A model generated the notes under the pieces. The model worked only from the letters and a program-made list of their open reading frames with translations, searched no databases and was not told the origin of the DNA. A DNA stretch of 32,000 bases. It comes from an uncultured archaeon. GTDB lineage: Archaea > Iainarchaeota > Iainarchaeia > Iainarchaeales > DATDZZ01. Below are positions 1 to 8,269 of the stretch, piece after piece. The position numbers and the translations under genes are program-made. The stretch lies in contig CAYJVY010000002.1 of the NCBI GenBank assembly GCA_964373795.1, forward strand, positions 24,207 through 56,206. The letters are read 5' to 3'. Position 1 is the first letter of the stretch. Each line of letters opens with the position of its first letter.

Positions 1-1
1 A

Positions 2-61
2 TTTGGAATAATTAAAAAAAATTCAAGTGTAATTACAACTATTACTCAAAAAAAATTTTAA
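2..61 (+). pseudogene. Out-of-frame upstream segment of a FolC/Mur-ligase-family gene whose 5' end lies left of the window
   Basis: Frame 2 translates FGIIKKNSSVITTITQKKF* (TAA at 59-61). GIIK....V.T resembles the AGIIK..PVVT stretch that precedes the C-terminal domain in FolC-type ligases. It joins the frame-1 ORF only through a 1-nt shift inside the A8 run at 48-55. Confidence 0.35.
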
Positions 62-105
62 AAAAGTTAAAAAAACTTTGCAAAAAATTAAATTGCAAAG
101 TAATA

Positions 106-741
106 ATGACAAATAAAAAATATAAAACAAGGTTTTTATACTCGTCTATAAAAAAACAGATATTTAATGTAACAAAAGACCATTACACTAGAAAAATTGA
201 AATACCTTTAATAGGGGAACACCAAATAAACAACTGTTTAAACGCAATTGCATGCATTGATGAATTAAATTTAAAAGGATACAAAATCCCAGAAAAACAT
301 TTAATGAAGGGATTAATAAAGAGTAACTGGCTAGGACGACTTAGCATAATTAGAGCAAATCCAACAATCATTATGGATTGTGCACACAATGTTGCTGGAA
401 TTAAAACTTTAATTAAAGCTTTAGGAAAACTTTACCATAAAAAAATTATCTTTGTTGTAGCTATTTCGTCAGATAAAAATGCAAAAAAAATGATTAAACT
501 TATTTCAACAAAATGCAAAAAACTTATTTTAACAAAATATAATAATGAAAGGTCATTCAATCCCTTAAAATTAAAAGAGTTTGCACACAAATTTATTGCA
601 AATATTAAAGTAAATACAAACCCAATAAATGCATTAAAAGATATAATAAAATACTGTAACCCTAAAGAAATTATATGTGTTACTGGATCAATTTTTTTAA
701 TTGGTGAATTACTTGAAAAAAAAAATTGGCATAAAAAATAA
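106..741 (+). CDS. Folylpolyglutamate synthase/dihydrofolate synthase-like (Mur ligase family) protein, C-terminal half only
   Basis: Motifs: LIGEHQINNCLNAIACIDEL (G.HQ..N), WLGRLSII....IIMDCAHNVAGIKTL (DxAHN), VVAISSDKNAKKM, VTGSIFLIGELL. At 211 aa it is about half the normal length. Frame 1 is open from nt 16, but the ATP-binding N-terminal part is not in this frame. Confidence 0.75.
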   Translation: MTNKKYKTRFLYSSIKKQIFNVTKDHYTRKIEIPLIGEHQINNCLNAIACIDELNLKGYKIPEKHLMKGLIKSNWLGRLSIIRANPTIIMDCAHNVAGIKTLIKALGKLYHKKIIFVVAISSDKNAKKMIKLISTKCKKLILTKYNNERSFNPLKLKEFAHKFIANIKVNTNPINALKDIIKYCNPKEIICVTGSIFLIGELLEKKNWHKK

Positions 742-1363
742 AAACTTAAAAAATTTATTAGAACTCTTTTTAACTCTACAACACACTAAAGAACTTCCAA
801 GACAAGGATTTTATACGCATGGATTCAAATTAAACGATGCAGATTCCGTTGCAGCCCATTCATTTTCAGTCGCATCAATGTCTTTTCTCATGGCATTAGA
901 ACTAAAAAAAAATGGAGTCAAAATTGATGAAAGTAAAGTAATAAAAATGGGTTTAATACATGATTATGGAGAAGCCATAATTGGAGACATTGGAAGATTA
1001 GTAAAAATTTTTGCAGGAGGAAAAATTCAAGAAATAGAGGACAAAGCATTTCATGCACTAATTAAAAAAAACTCATTTAAAGATGATTTAATTCAATTAC
1101 AGCAAGAATATGAAGAGAGAAAATCACTTGAAGCAATATTAGTTAAAGGCTGTGATTTCTTAGATGCAATTGCACAAGCAACATCTGTAAAAGGAGCAGA
1201 TATTAAAGCATTCAAGGATGAATCAAAAGAATTCTTTAAAACATTTAGAAAAAAAAATAATGAAATTTCAAATTTAATTGAAAAATCAACAAAATTATTA
1301 TTTGAAAAAAAAGTAAAACCTTATCGAGGACATAGAGAAGACCAAAAACTAATGCTACACTAA
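701..1363 (+). CDS. HD-domain phosphohydrolase (YfbR-like 5'-deoxynucleotidase family)
   Basis: Motifs: ELPRQGF, AAHSFSVA, LIHDYGEAIIGDI (H...HD..E..GD metal-ligand pattern). The start is uncertain (TTG 701 or TTG 713) and overlaps the end of the previous ORF. Confidence 0.7.
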   Translation: MVNYLKKKIGIKNKNLKNLLELFLTLQHTKELPRQGFYTHGFKLNDADSVAAHSFSVASMSFLMALELKKNGVKIDESKVIKMGLIHDYGEAIIGDIGRLVKIFAGGKIQEIEDKAFHALIKKNSFKDDLIQLQQEYEERKSLEAILVKGCDFLDAIAQATSVKGADIKAFKDESKEFFKTFRKKNNEISNLIEKSTKLLFEKKVKPYRGHREDQKLMLH

Positions 1364-1398
1364 AAATATAATTAATATTTAAGTATTAACTGAGTTAA

Positions 1399-3120
1399 AT
1401 GTCTAAAAAAATTTTTATATTAATTTTACTGCTTTTAAATACATTTGCTTTTGCAAGTGATTTGCCAAAAATTGAAATAATTTCTCCAGATCAAAACACA
1501 GAGATAAGTAAAGCAATGCAGATACCACTAAAAATTAAGTTAGTTGAATCAAATGGAAAACTAATTGACTCAAATAACATTAATTTTATTGAAGCAAAAT
1601 TTCAAAATGAATTAAAATGGATTCAATTAAAGCCTATTGATTTGAACAAAACAAATTATGAAGCAAAATTAAACACAAAACCATCATATAATGACATTGA
1701 AACACTCATGATAAGAGCTTCAATAAAAATAGATAATGAAAATAAAATAATTGAAACAGAAAAAAAAATTAAGTTTTCAAAGGCAAAAATTAATGCCATT
1801 ATTTCTTTTTTACCGCCAGACATATATTTGAACTCAAAAATTCAACTAGCAAGAGTTGAATTGTATTACCTAAATGGAGAAGCCGTAAAAAATGCTAAAA
1901 TCAAAGCAAAACTGGAAGACATTGAAATTAATTTAAAAGAAAAACAAGGATTTTATGAAGCAGAAAATCTTAATTATTTAATTGAAAAAGAAAAAATATT
2001 ATTTGAAATAATTGAAGCAAAAGATGAATTTGAAAATAGTTTAATTAGTTTTAGAAAAGAGTTTCAAATAGAAGGGTTAGACCAAAACTTTGAAATTTTT
2101 TTTAACAAGCCAAAAAATTTAAGCAAAGTAGCTCCAGGCCAAAAAATAATAATTGAATTAAAATTAAACTCAAATTTAGAAATAAATCCAAATAAAATAA
2201 ATATAAATTTGCTTAATAACGATGGGCTAAAAATCGGGGAATTTACATTTAATGAAAATAATAAAGTATTTTCACATGAATACGAAGTCCCTATGGTGCA
2301 AAAAGAAGGAGATGAATTAACCCTTAAAATTAAAGTAACAGTAAATGACAAAGAAATAAAAAAAATCAGTGCTAATGCACTTAATTTAATTGTATCAAAT
2401 GACTACAAGATTGAAATAATCGACACACAAGAAAATAAAATAAATGTGAAAATATTGTATCCAGATAATAAAACAATAGTAAATGAAAACACTATAGATG
2501 CAAACTTAAAAATAAGCGAAAAAGAATATGTTATAAATTTCATCAAATTAAACAATGTTTTTATAGCGGAAATTCCAAAAAATATTTCAAGTGGATTCCA
2601 AGATATAAATATAACTCTTGGAAAAAAATACAACTTTGCAAGTACTACAAAGCAAATTAATATTACAAAAAATCTTTATCAAAATAATTTTAACCTAATT
2701 ATTGGAATAATACTGGCAATATTCGTTATAACCGTTCTTGCTTTAAATTATTTAAACACAGCAAAACAAAAACAATTAAAAAATTTAAACCTAAACGAAT
2801 TGAAAAAGTTAAAAAACAATTTAAATGAAGAAATACTAAAGCTTGAAACCAGTCGTAACAAAGGCAAAATCAATCTCAAAGAATTTAAATCCAAATGGAA
2901 TGAATTAGAGAAACAAATTGAAGAAATAAACAAAAATATACTATTAAAGCAAGAAAAAAATAAAACAGAATCAAAAAAGATTGAAATAAATTCTATTGAA
3001 GAACTGAAAAAACAAATTGAAGAAAAAAAAACAATATTAAAAAATGAAATTCCATTAAACGAAATAGTGAAAGGAAAAAGAGTCGATATTTTAAAAGCAT
3101 TAATTAAGAAAAAAAATTAG
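1399..3120 (+). CDS. Orphan type I membrane protein: signal peptide, large extracytoplasmic domain, one TM helix, K/E-rich coiled-coil cytoplasmic tail
   Basis: N-terminus MSKKIFILILLLLNTFAFASD looks like a Sec signal. TM helix is NLIIGIILAIFVITVLALNYL. About 115 C-terminal residues are heptad-like and K/E/N-rich. No family motif recognised. Confidence 0.65.
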   Translation: MSKKIFILILLLLNTFAFASDLPKIEIISPDQNTEISKAMQIPLKIKLVESNGKLIDSNNINFIEAKFQNELKWIQLKPIDLNKTNYEAKLNTKPSYNDIETLMIRASIKIDNENKIIETEKKIKFSKAKINAIISFLPPDIYLNSKIQLARVELYYLNGEAVKNAKIKAKLEDIEINLKEKQGFYEAENLNYLIEKEKILFEIIEAKDEFENSLISFRKEFQIEGLDQNFEIFFNKPKNLSKVAPGQKIIIELKLNSNLEINPNKININLLNNDGLKIGEFTFNENNKVFSHEYEVPMVQKEGDELTLKIKVTVNDKEIKKISANALNLIVSNDYKIEIIDTQENKINVKILYPDNKTIVNENTIDANLKISEKEYVINFIKLNNVFIAEIPKNISSGFQDINITLGKKYNFASTTKQINITKNLYQNNFNLIIGIILAIFVITVLALNYLNTAKQKQLKNLNLNELKKLKNNLNEEILKLETSRNKGKINLKEFKSKWNELEKQIEEINKNILLKQEKNKTESKKIEINSIEELKKQIEEKKTILKNEIPLNEIVKGKRVDILKALIKKKN

Positions 3121-4233
3121 TTATTTATTTTTTGAATGAATTTCAATTAAGTTATTCTTAAATTTTGATAAATCTTCTTTACGTATTGTGCCTGCGGCCG
3201 CAGGTATATGGCCACCAGCATTGGCATTTTTTAAGCCTTCAATGGATTTCTCCAATAAATCATTAACTTTTACTTTAAAGTCTTGCCTTCTTGCACTAAA
3301 TGAAACAAATTCTTTTTCAGAATCATTAACTACTAAAACAATAGTTTTGTTTGGATATAACTCCCAACTAATTTTGTTAATAAGAGGGGATTTAATTGAA
3401 TATTTTGATTTAAATTCAAAGTAAAGCAATTCACCATTATCATAAGATTCTTTTTCATCCTCAAATCTTTGAAGCCAATAATTAATTTCTTTTTCCATTT
3501 TTTCTTTAAATAGCTTTAACCTACTATTCAATAATTTTTGAGGGTTTTTAGCTAAATAAAAAATTTTAAAATAAGAGTAAATTTTCCAAGGATCAATAGC
3601 CATTAATGCTTCAACCATTTTAGACATATCTCCTAAGGCATTTTTTTTAAAAGACTTGTCAATGGGAAGACCATATTTTTTAAGAAGTTTTTTTAAAAAA
3701 AAACTCCAAACAATTTGACTTGAATCTGCAATAATTCCAATTCCTGCAAACCAGTCAAATTTACTCAAATCGGTTTTAGAGTTAAATAAATCAAAAGTAA
3801 GTTTTGCAGCAGGATATTTTGATCCATCTAATTTTGAAATCCATTGAGATTTAATCATTAAAGTTTTTTTTGAATTTAAATCAGCATAAATTTTGTGATG
3901 ATCTAATATTAATACGTTTTCCAATAATTTTTCAAATTCATTAAATACTTTTTTATCTTGATCAATAACCCAGTCAACTGAAATTACTTTATTAATTTTC
4001 TTCTTAACAACTAAATCAAAAACATCTTTAGGAATTGTTCTAGCACTATAACCTTGAAAAGAAATCTCATTAGGTTTTCTTCCTCGTAGTTGAACTAATG
4101 CATGAGCAAGTATAATTGAACTACAAAGTCCATCGCCATCGCCATGAGCCAAAATTAAAATTCGGTCTTTTTTAGAAAGAGAACTAACAAATTTATCAAA
4201 TCTATCAATTAAAACTGCTTTACTTAAAACCAT
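3121..4233 (-). CDS. DHH/DHHA1-family phosphoesterase (archaeal RecJ/NrnA-like)
   Basis: Motifs: ILAHGDGDGLCSS (DHH motif I), VLILDHHKI (DHH motif III), NAGGHIPAAAG (DHHA1 GGH..AAG). Its stop codon abuts the stop of the convergent gene at 3120/3121. Confidence 0.85.
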   Translation of the reverse strand: MVLSKAVLIDRFDKFVSSLSKKDRILILAHGDGDGLCSSIILAHALVQLRGRKPNEISFQGYSARTIPKDVFDLVVKKKINKVISVDWVIDQDKKVFNEFEKLLENVLILDHHKIYADLNSKKTLMIKSQWISKLDGSKYPAAKLTFDLFNSKTDLSKFDWFAGIGIIADSSQIVWSFFLKKLLKKYGLPIDKSFKKNALGDMSKMVEALMAIDPWKIYSYFKIFYLAKNPQKLLNSRLKLFKEKMEKEINYWLQRFEDEKESYDNGELLYFEFKSKYSIKSPLINKISWELYPNKTIVLVVNDSEKEFVSFSARRQDFKVKVNDLLEKSIEGLKNANAGGHIPAAAGTIRKEDLSKFKNNLIEIHSKNK

Positions 4234-4252
4234 AAGAAATCTCTTTTCAAAC

Positions 4253-4262
4253 TATTTAAATA
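4253..4262 (-). promoter_or_regulatory. Putative archaeal TATA box for the DHH gene (leaderless geometry)
   Basis: Palindromic TATTTAAATA lies 19 nt from the ATG at 4233. No Shine-Dalgarno sequence lies between. AT-rich background makes this weak. Confidence 0.3.
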
Positions 4263-4316
4263 TGTACGTACAATGAAATCTTTAAATATTCCTAATTCTA
4301 AATAATATTGAATAAA

Positions 4317-4493
4317 ATGGGATTTTAATACATTAATAGTAAGGGAGTAAAATATTTTTTACACCAAAAAGGAACTTTATATTATTTTTCCAAACAAAAA
4401 AAGGAGGGATTTATTGATTTACCAAAATACTATCAGATTGTAGAAGCTGAATCAACAAAACTACCACTCCTTAAAAAACTAAACAAGGTATAA
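4317..4493 (+). pseudogene. Small conserved-looking ORF interrupted by an in-frame TAA at codon 4
   Basis: Reads ATG GGA TTT TAA, then 54 open codons: YINSKGVKYFLHQKGTLYYFSKQKKEGFIDLPKYYQIVEAESTKLPLLKKLNKV*. There is no ATG/GTG/TTG after the internal stop. It sits in an otherwise unexplained 284-nt gap. Confidence 0.25.
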
Positions 4494-4517
4494 TTTTAAT
4501 TTCTGTTAAGTGATTAA

Positions 4518-5585
4518 ATGAATAAATTTGAGGAAATATTAAAAGTAAGCAAAGTAAATTCAATTTTATTAAAAAGCGGTGAAATAAATGACGAAAACTT
4601 TAATTATTTCACGGAGTTACCTAAAAGTATTTCAGGTACAAACTATTTAATCATAAAACGAAACTCAGAAACTATTTACGCAAACCAACTAGATTTTGGC
4701 GCAATCAAGTCTGAAATAAAAAACAAAAAAATCAAAATAAAAAAAATAAGCAAAGAAAAAGATTTTAAAAATCTCTTAAAAAAAGAACTAATTGGGAAAA
4801 TAGGAATTAATTTTGATAAATACTCACTCAAAGGATACAATACATTAAAAAAAATAACAAAATACTCAATAAGGGATATGTCAAACCATTTAGAAAAAAT
4901 AAGAGAAGTAAAAACGCCCAATGAAATTAAAAAAATCAAAGAAGCAGTAAAAGTTTCAATAGAGTCGTTAGATGAATTAATTCCCAAAATAAAAATTGGA
5001 ATGAAAGAAAAAGAGATTCAATTTATTTTGGACGGATTTATAGCAAAAAATGAATGCAAAAATAGCTTTGAAACAATCATTGCCTCTGGAAAAAATTCAG
5101 CAATTCCCCATCACATATCTTCAAATAAAAAAATCAAAAAAGGTGAGATACTATTAATTGATTTTGGAGCAGAATACAAAAACTATACATCAGACATCTC
5201 AAGAACTTTTTTCATAGGAAAAGCACCTGAAAAAATTAAAGAAATGTACTCCACCGGAATTAAAGCAATGGAGAATTCCTTAAAAAAAATTGGTGAAGGG
5301 AAAAAAGCATTAAATGCATTCAAAGCATGTGAAGAAACCCTTAAACAACATAATTATCCGATGATTCATGCATTAGGACATGGAATTGGATTAAAAGTAC
5401 ATGATTTTCCACAAAGCATTGGAGTAAAAAGTGAATGGATTTTTAAAAAAAATTTTGTTTTAGCTATTGAGCCAGGAATATATATCAAAAACCTTGGAGG
5501 AATACGAATTGAAGATGACATTATAGTGACTAATTCAGCTCCAAAAAAACTTTCAAACGCTCCAAAAGAATTAATAGAACTATAA
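4518..5585 (+). CDS. M24-family metallopeptidase (Xaa-Pro aminopeptidase/dipeptidase)
   Basis: Pita-bread metal ligands are in canonical order: LLIDFGAEY, TSDISRTF, HALGHGIGLKVHD, LAIEPGIY, GGIRIEDDIIVT. Confidence 0.9.
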   Translation: MNKFEEILKVSKVNSILLKSGEINDENFNYFTELPKSISGTNYLIIKRNSETIYANQLDFGAIKSEIKNKKIKIKKISKEKDFKNLLKKELIGKIGINFDKYSLKGYNTLKKITKYSIRDMSNHLEKIREVKTPNEIKKIKEAVKVSIESLDELIPKIKIGMKEKEIQFILDGFIAKNECKNSFETIIASGKNSAIPHHISSNKKIKKGEILLIDFGAEYKNYTSDISRTFFIGKAPEKIKEMYSTGIKAMENSLKKIGEGKKALNAFKACEETLKQHNYPMIHALGHGIGLKVHDFPQSIGVKSEWIFKKNFVLAIEPGIYIKNLGGIRIEDDIIVTNSAPKKLSNAPKELIEL

Positions 5586-5629
5586 CAATCAGCAAAAAAT
5601 TTTTTAACTGATTTAAGCTCTAATATTTA

Positions 5630-6373
5630 ATGATTTCTTTTGATACGACAAAAAGCGAAATAGAAAATGCGATCAACTCTAAAAACATGTTACTAATTAT
5701 AGGAAATTGTTTTGTTAAATATTGGGGCAGAGCTGCATCAAAGCTACCAACTGGAAAAAGACTAATATTAATAAAAGGAGATAAATCAATCGCAATTCAT
5801 CAAAACAAACATTTAAGGCCAACAAACTACATGATGAATGCAACTATTTCTTCAAACATTGTTAAACATGGAATTGAAATAAATGCATCAAAAAAAAATC
5901 CAAAAGAAATAATTCAAATACTGTTTTACAATATTGAAAATGTTATTTCAATTCCCATGGAAGATACAGAAGATATAAGATTATTTGGTTCGGAAAAAGA
6001 GTTATCAAACCAGTTAATGCATGACCTTGACTTTATTGAACCAGGATTAAAGCCATTAAAACAAGAATCTTGGCTAAGAAAAGGAGTAATAGATATTTTA
6101 GCCGAAGATTCAAGAGGAAGACTAGTAGTTGTGGAAGTAAAAAGACGAAAAGCAGACTATAATTCAGTTACACAACTGCAGAGATATATGAAAGAAGTTC
6201 AAAAAATTAAAAACAAAGAAACAAGAGGGATTTTAGTTGCCCCAGAAATAAGAAAAACAGCATTGGAATTATTAGAGAGATATGGATTAGAATACTATAA
6301 ATTTGATTTTGAAATAGGAAATCCAAAAGCAACAATTAAAGGATTACAATCAAAACAAACAAAAATTGTTTAA
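5630..6373 (+). CDS. nucS: Endonuclease NucS/EndoMS (mismatch-specific endonuclease)
   Basis: N-terminal domain: GNCFVKYWGRAASKLPTGKRLILIKGDKSIAIHQ..LRPTNYM. C-terminal RecB-like nuclease: EKELSNQLMHDLDFIEPGLKPL..E....GVIDILAEDSRGRLVVVEVKRRKAD...V.QLQRY. Confidence 0.9.
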   Translation: MISFDTTKSEIENAINSKNMLLIIGNCFVKYWGRAASKLPTGKRLILIKGDKSIAIHQNKHLRPTNYMMNATISSNIVKHGIEINASKKNPKEIIQILFYNIENVISIPMEDTEDIRLFGSEKELSNQLMHDLDFIEPGLKPLKQESWLRKGVIDILAEDSRGRLVVVEVKRRKADYNSVTQLQRYMKEVQKIKNKETRGILVAPEIRKTALELLERYGLEYYKFDFEIGNPKATIKGLQSKQTKIV

Positions 6374-6439
6374 TAATCAATATCGACAAAAAGCTAATTT
6401 TTAAAACAAATTATTAAGATATTGCTAATTACACAAGAT

Positions 6440-6976
6440 ATGAAAATAGCAAATAAATTAATAATATTTTTAATTTTAATTGGAATTACGTTTAGTTTTA
6501 TACTAAATTATATTGAAAACAACCCTCAAGTAAAGTATGAAAAAACAGATGTTCAAATATTTTTTTGCCCTGAAGAAGACTGCAAACAAGAAATAATTAA
6601 ATTAGTTAAAGAAAGCACAAAGTCAATAAATTGCATGATATACTCATTTACAGATAATGAAATTGGGAATGAATTAATTGAAGCAAAAAAAAGAAATATA
6701 GAAATAAAAATAATTATTGAATCAGAACAAATAACTAAATATTCAATATATGAAAATCTAAAAAATAACAAAATATCAATTATAAAAGACAAAAACAACA
6801 ATTTAATGCATAACAAATTCTGCGTATTTGATGAAAAAAAAGTTTTTACAGGATCAGTTAATCTAACTAACAATGGCTTGAAATTTAATAATGAAAATCT
6901 TACAATAATCAATAACTCAGAAATAGCTGAAAAATTTAATGCATATTTTTTAAATTATTGGAAGTTATGGACATAA
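6440..6976 (+). CDS. Membrane-anchored phospholipase D/HKD-family nuclease (Nuc-like)
   Basis: HKD motif HNKFCVFDEKKVFTGSVNLTNNG (HxKx4Dx6GSxN). N-terminal anchor MKIANKLIIFLILIGITFSFIL. The ORF track starts at TTG 6422; ATG 6440 is preferred. Confidence 0.85.
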   Translation: MKIANKLIIFLILIGITFSFILNYIENNPQVKYEKTDVQIFFCPEEDCKQEIIKLVKESTKSINCMIYSFTDNEIGNELIEAKKRNIEIKIIIESEQITKYSIYENLKNNKISIIKDKNNNLMHNKFCVFDEKKVFTGSVNLTNNGLKFNNENLTIINNSEIAEKFNAYFLNYWKLWT

Positions 6977-6986
6977 ACAAAATGCA

Positions 6987-7676
6987 TTATTTAGGTCCTT
7001 GCAAAATTGTCTGCCACTCAAAAAGTTTTTCCTTCAATGCATTAAACACATATTTTTCTAATTCCTTTAAATCTGGTTTGGAAAATTTCCCTAACAACAA
7101 TTTTCTAAGGTCATTCCAAGTTAGGTTTACATAAATTAAGTCTTTAATTTTATGATTTAATTTTTTATTTGAAAAACTTAAAGCCGACTTGACAAAAGCA
7201 ACATCAATTCTACTGTAACGCATTGAAAAAAACCCTTCAAACATTAAGTCATGTCCAATTAAAATCATTTCATTTAGAGGACAATTAAATTTTTTCATTA
7301 ATTCTAAAATCTTTCCTTGCTTAAAAAACTCGTCTTTAAATCTTTCATTTTGTGAGATATTTTTTAAATAAATTTCTTTGTCTTCAACAGATTTTGAATT
7401 AATATACAATTCGTTAACAAAATAGATATTCTCTGACTTAAAAAAAGCATTCAAACTAGTTTCTTTAATTTTTTGCAAAGCAAATTTTTCAGGCAAACCA
7501 GTCAGTAAAACTACGTGAAAAAAATCAAACTTGTCTTCCAATTTTTTAAGGTTTTCAAGAATTTTTTTAACCTCTGCTTCATCAACTGTTTTTTCAATTA
7601 CGCCCGGAACTAATATATCCTCTAAACCAAAAATAATAACTTTTTTAATTAAATTTTTTTTATTTAATCCATCCAT
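6987..7676 (-). CDS. Hypothetical protein with degenerate HAD-like motifs
   Basis: VIIFGLEDILV sits where HAD motif I (hhhhDxDGTL) would be. Also VLLTGLP (motif II-like) and MILIGHDLMFEG (motif IV-like). The ORF track starts at TTG 7694; ATG 7676 is preferred. Confidence 0.5.
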   Translation of the reverse strand: MDGLNKKNLIKKVIIFGLEDILVPGVIEKTVDEAEVKKILENLKKLEDKFDFFHVVLLTGLPEKFALQKIKETSLNAFFKSENIYFVNELYINSKSVEDKEIYLKNISQNERFKDEFFKQGKILELMKKFNCPLNEMILIGHDLMFEGFFSMRYSRIDVAFVKSALSFSNKKLNHKIKDLIYVNLTWNDLRKLLLGKFSKPDLKELEKYVFNALKEKLFEWQTILQGPK

Positions 7677-7767
7677 TAAGGTAACAAGATGCAAAAAATA
7701 TTTAAATTAAAAGACTAAGAAAAGGATCCACTTACATTTAATAAAATTAATAGTAAAACATAATTAT

Positions 7768-8091
7768 TTAAGGCTTGGATGAAAAGTTTTGCAAAATCTT
7801 GTCAACAGTTCTTCTAACAAAATTAGAACCATCTTCTTTTGCTTGTCTTAAAGCTCTCAAAGAATTTACTGTTTTAAGCTGACTTAAAGCCAACGCCGCT
7901 TCCTCTCTTACAAAAGCATTTTGATGCGTTAAAAGCAAGTCAATTAATAATTGCTCTGCAACTTTTTTTTGAGAAGAAGTTTTAATTGATTCAATTGCGT
8001 TACATTTATCCTTCCATGAAATGTCTTCATCCTTTAAAATAGCAAAACTTTTTTCAAGTAGATTTAAATTCACTTCCACGACAACCCCCAA
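7768..8091 (-). CDS. Small HEAT-repeat (PBS-lyase HEAT-like) protein
   Basis: FVREEAALALSQLKTVNSLRALRQAKEDGSNFVRRTVDKIL contains two VR..A..aL HEAT-like units. There is no ATG in the ORF, so it uses a TTG/GTG start. Confidence 0.55.
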   Translation of the reverse strand: MGVVVEVNLNLLEKSFAILKDEDISWKDKCNAIESIKTSSQKKVAEQLLIDLLLTHQNAFVREEAALALSQLKTVNSLRALRQAKEDGSNFVRRTVDKILQNFSSKP

Positions 8092-8269
8092 TACTATTCG
8101 GAAAAACTAGTATATAAGTTTTGTGTTACAAAAATAAATTTTTTCGCTAATCAACTAATTAATTAAAAAAATTTACACTAATTTTCGGAAAAAAAATTGT
8201 TAGGTAAAAACCTTAGAATTTCAACAGCTATTTATTAATGACAAAACAAAAATTGATAGGTGATTTAAA

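Noticed and set aside
4326-4328. Genome-wide reassignment of TAA as an explanation for the in-frame stop in the small ORF.
   Set aside because: Most well-supported genes in the window terminate at TAA exactly where family alignments end. TGA and TAG also act as stops (lhr, MPE, sufS-like, 1399-3120).
8097-8195. The repeated string TTCGGAAAAA at about 8098 and about 8185. A shorter TCGGAAAAA occurs again at about 25847.
   Set aside because: The motif is short and A-rich, appears in different contexts, and shows no consistent spacing to start codons. It is probably chance.
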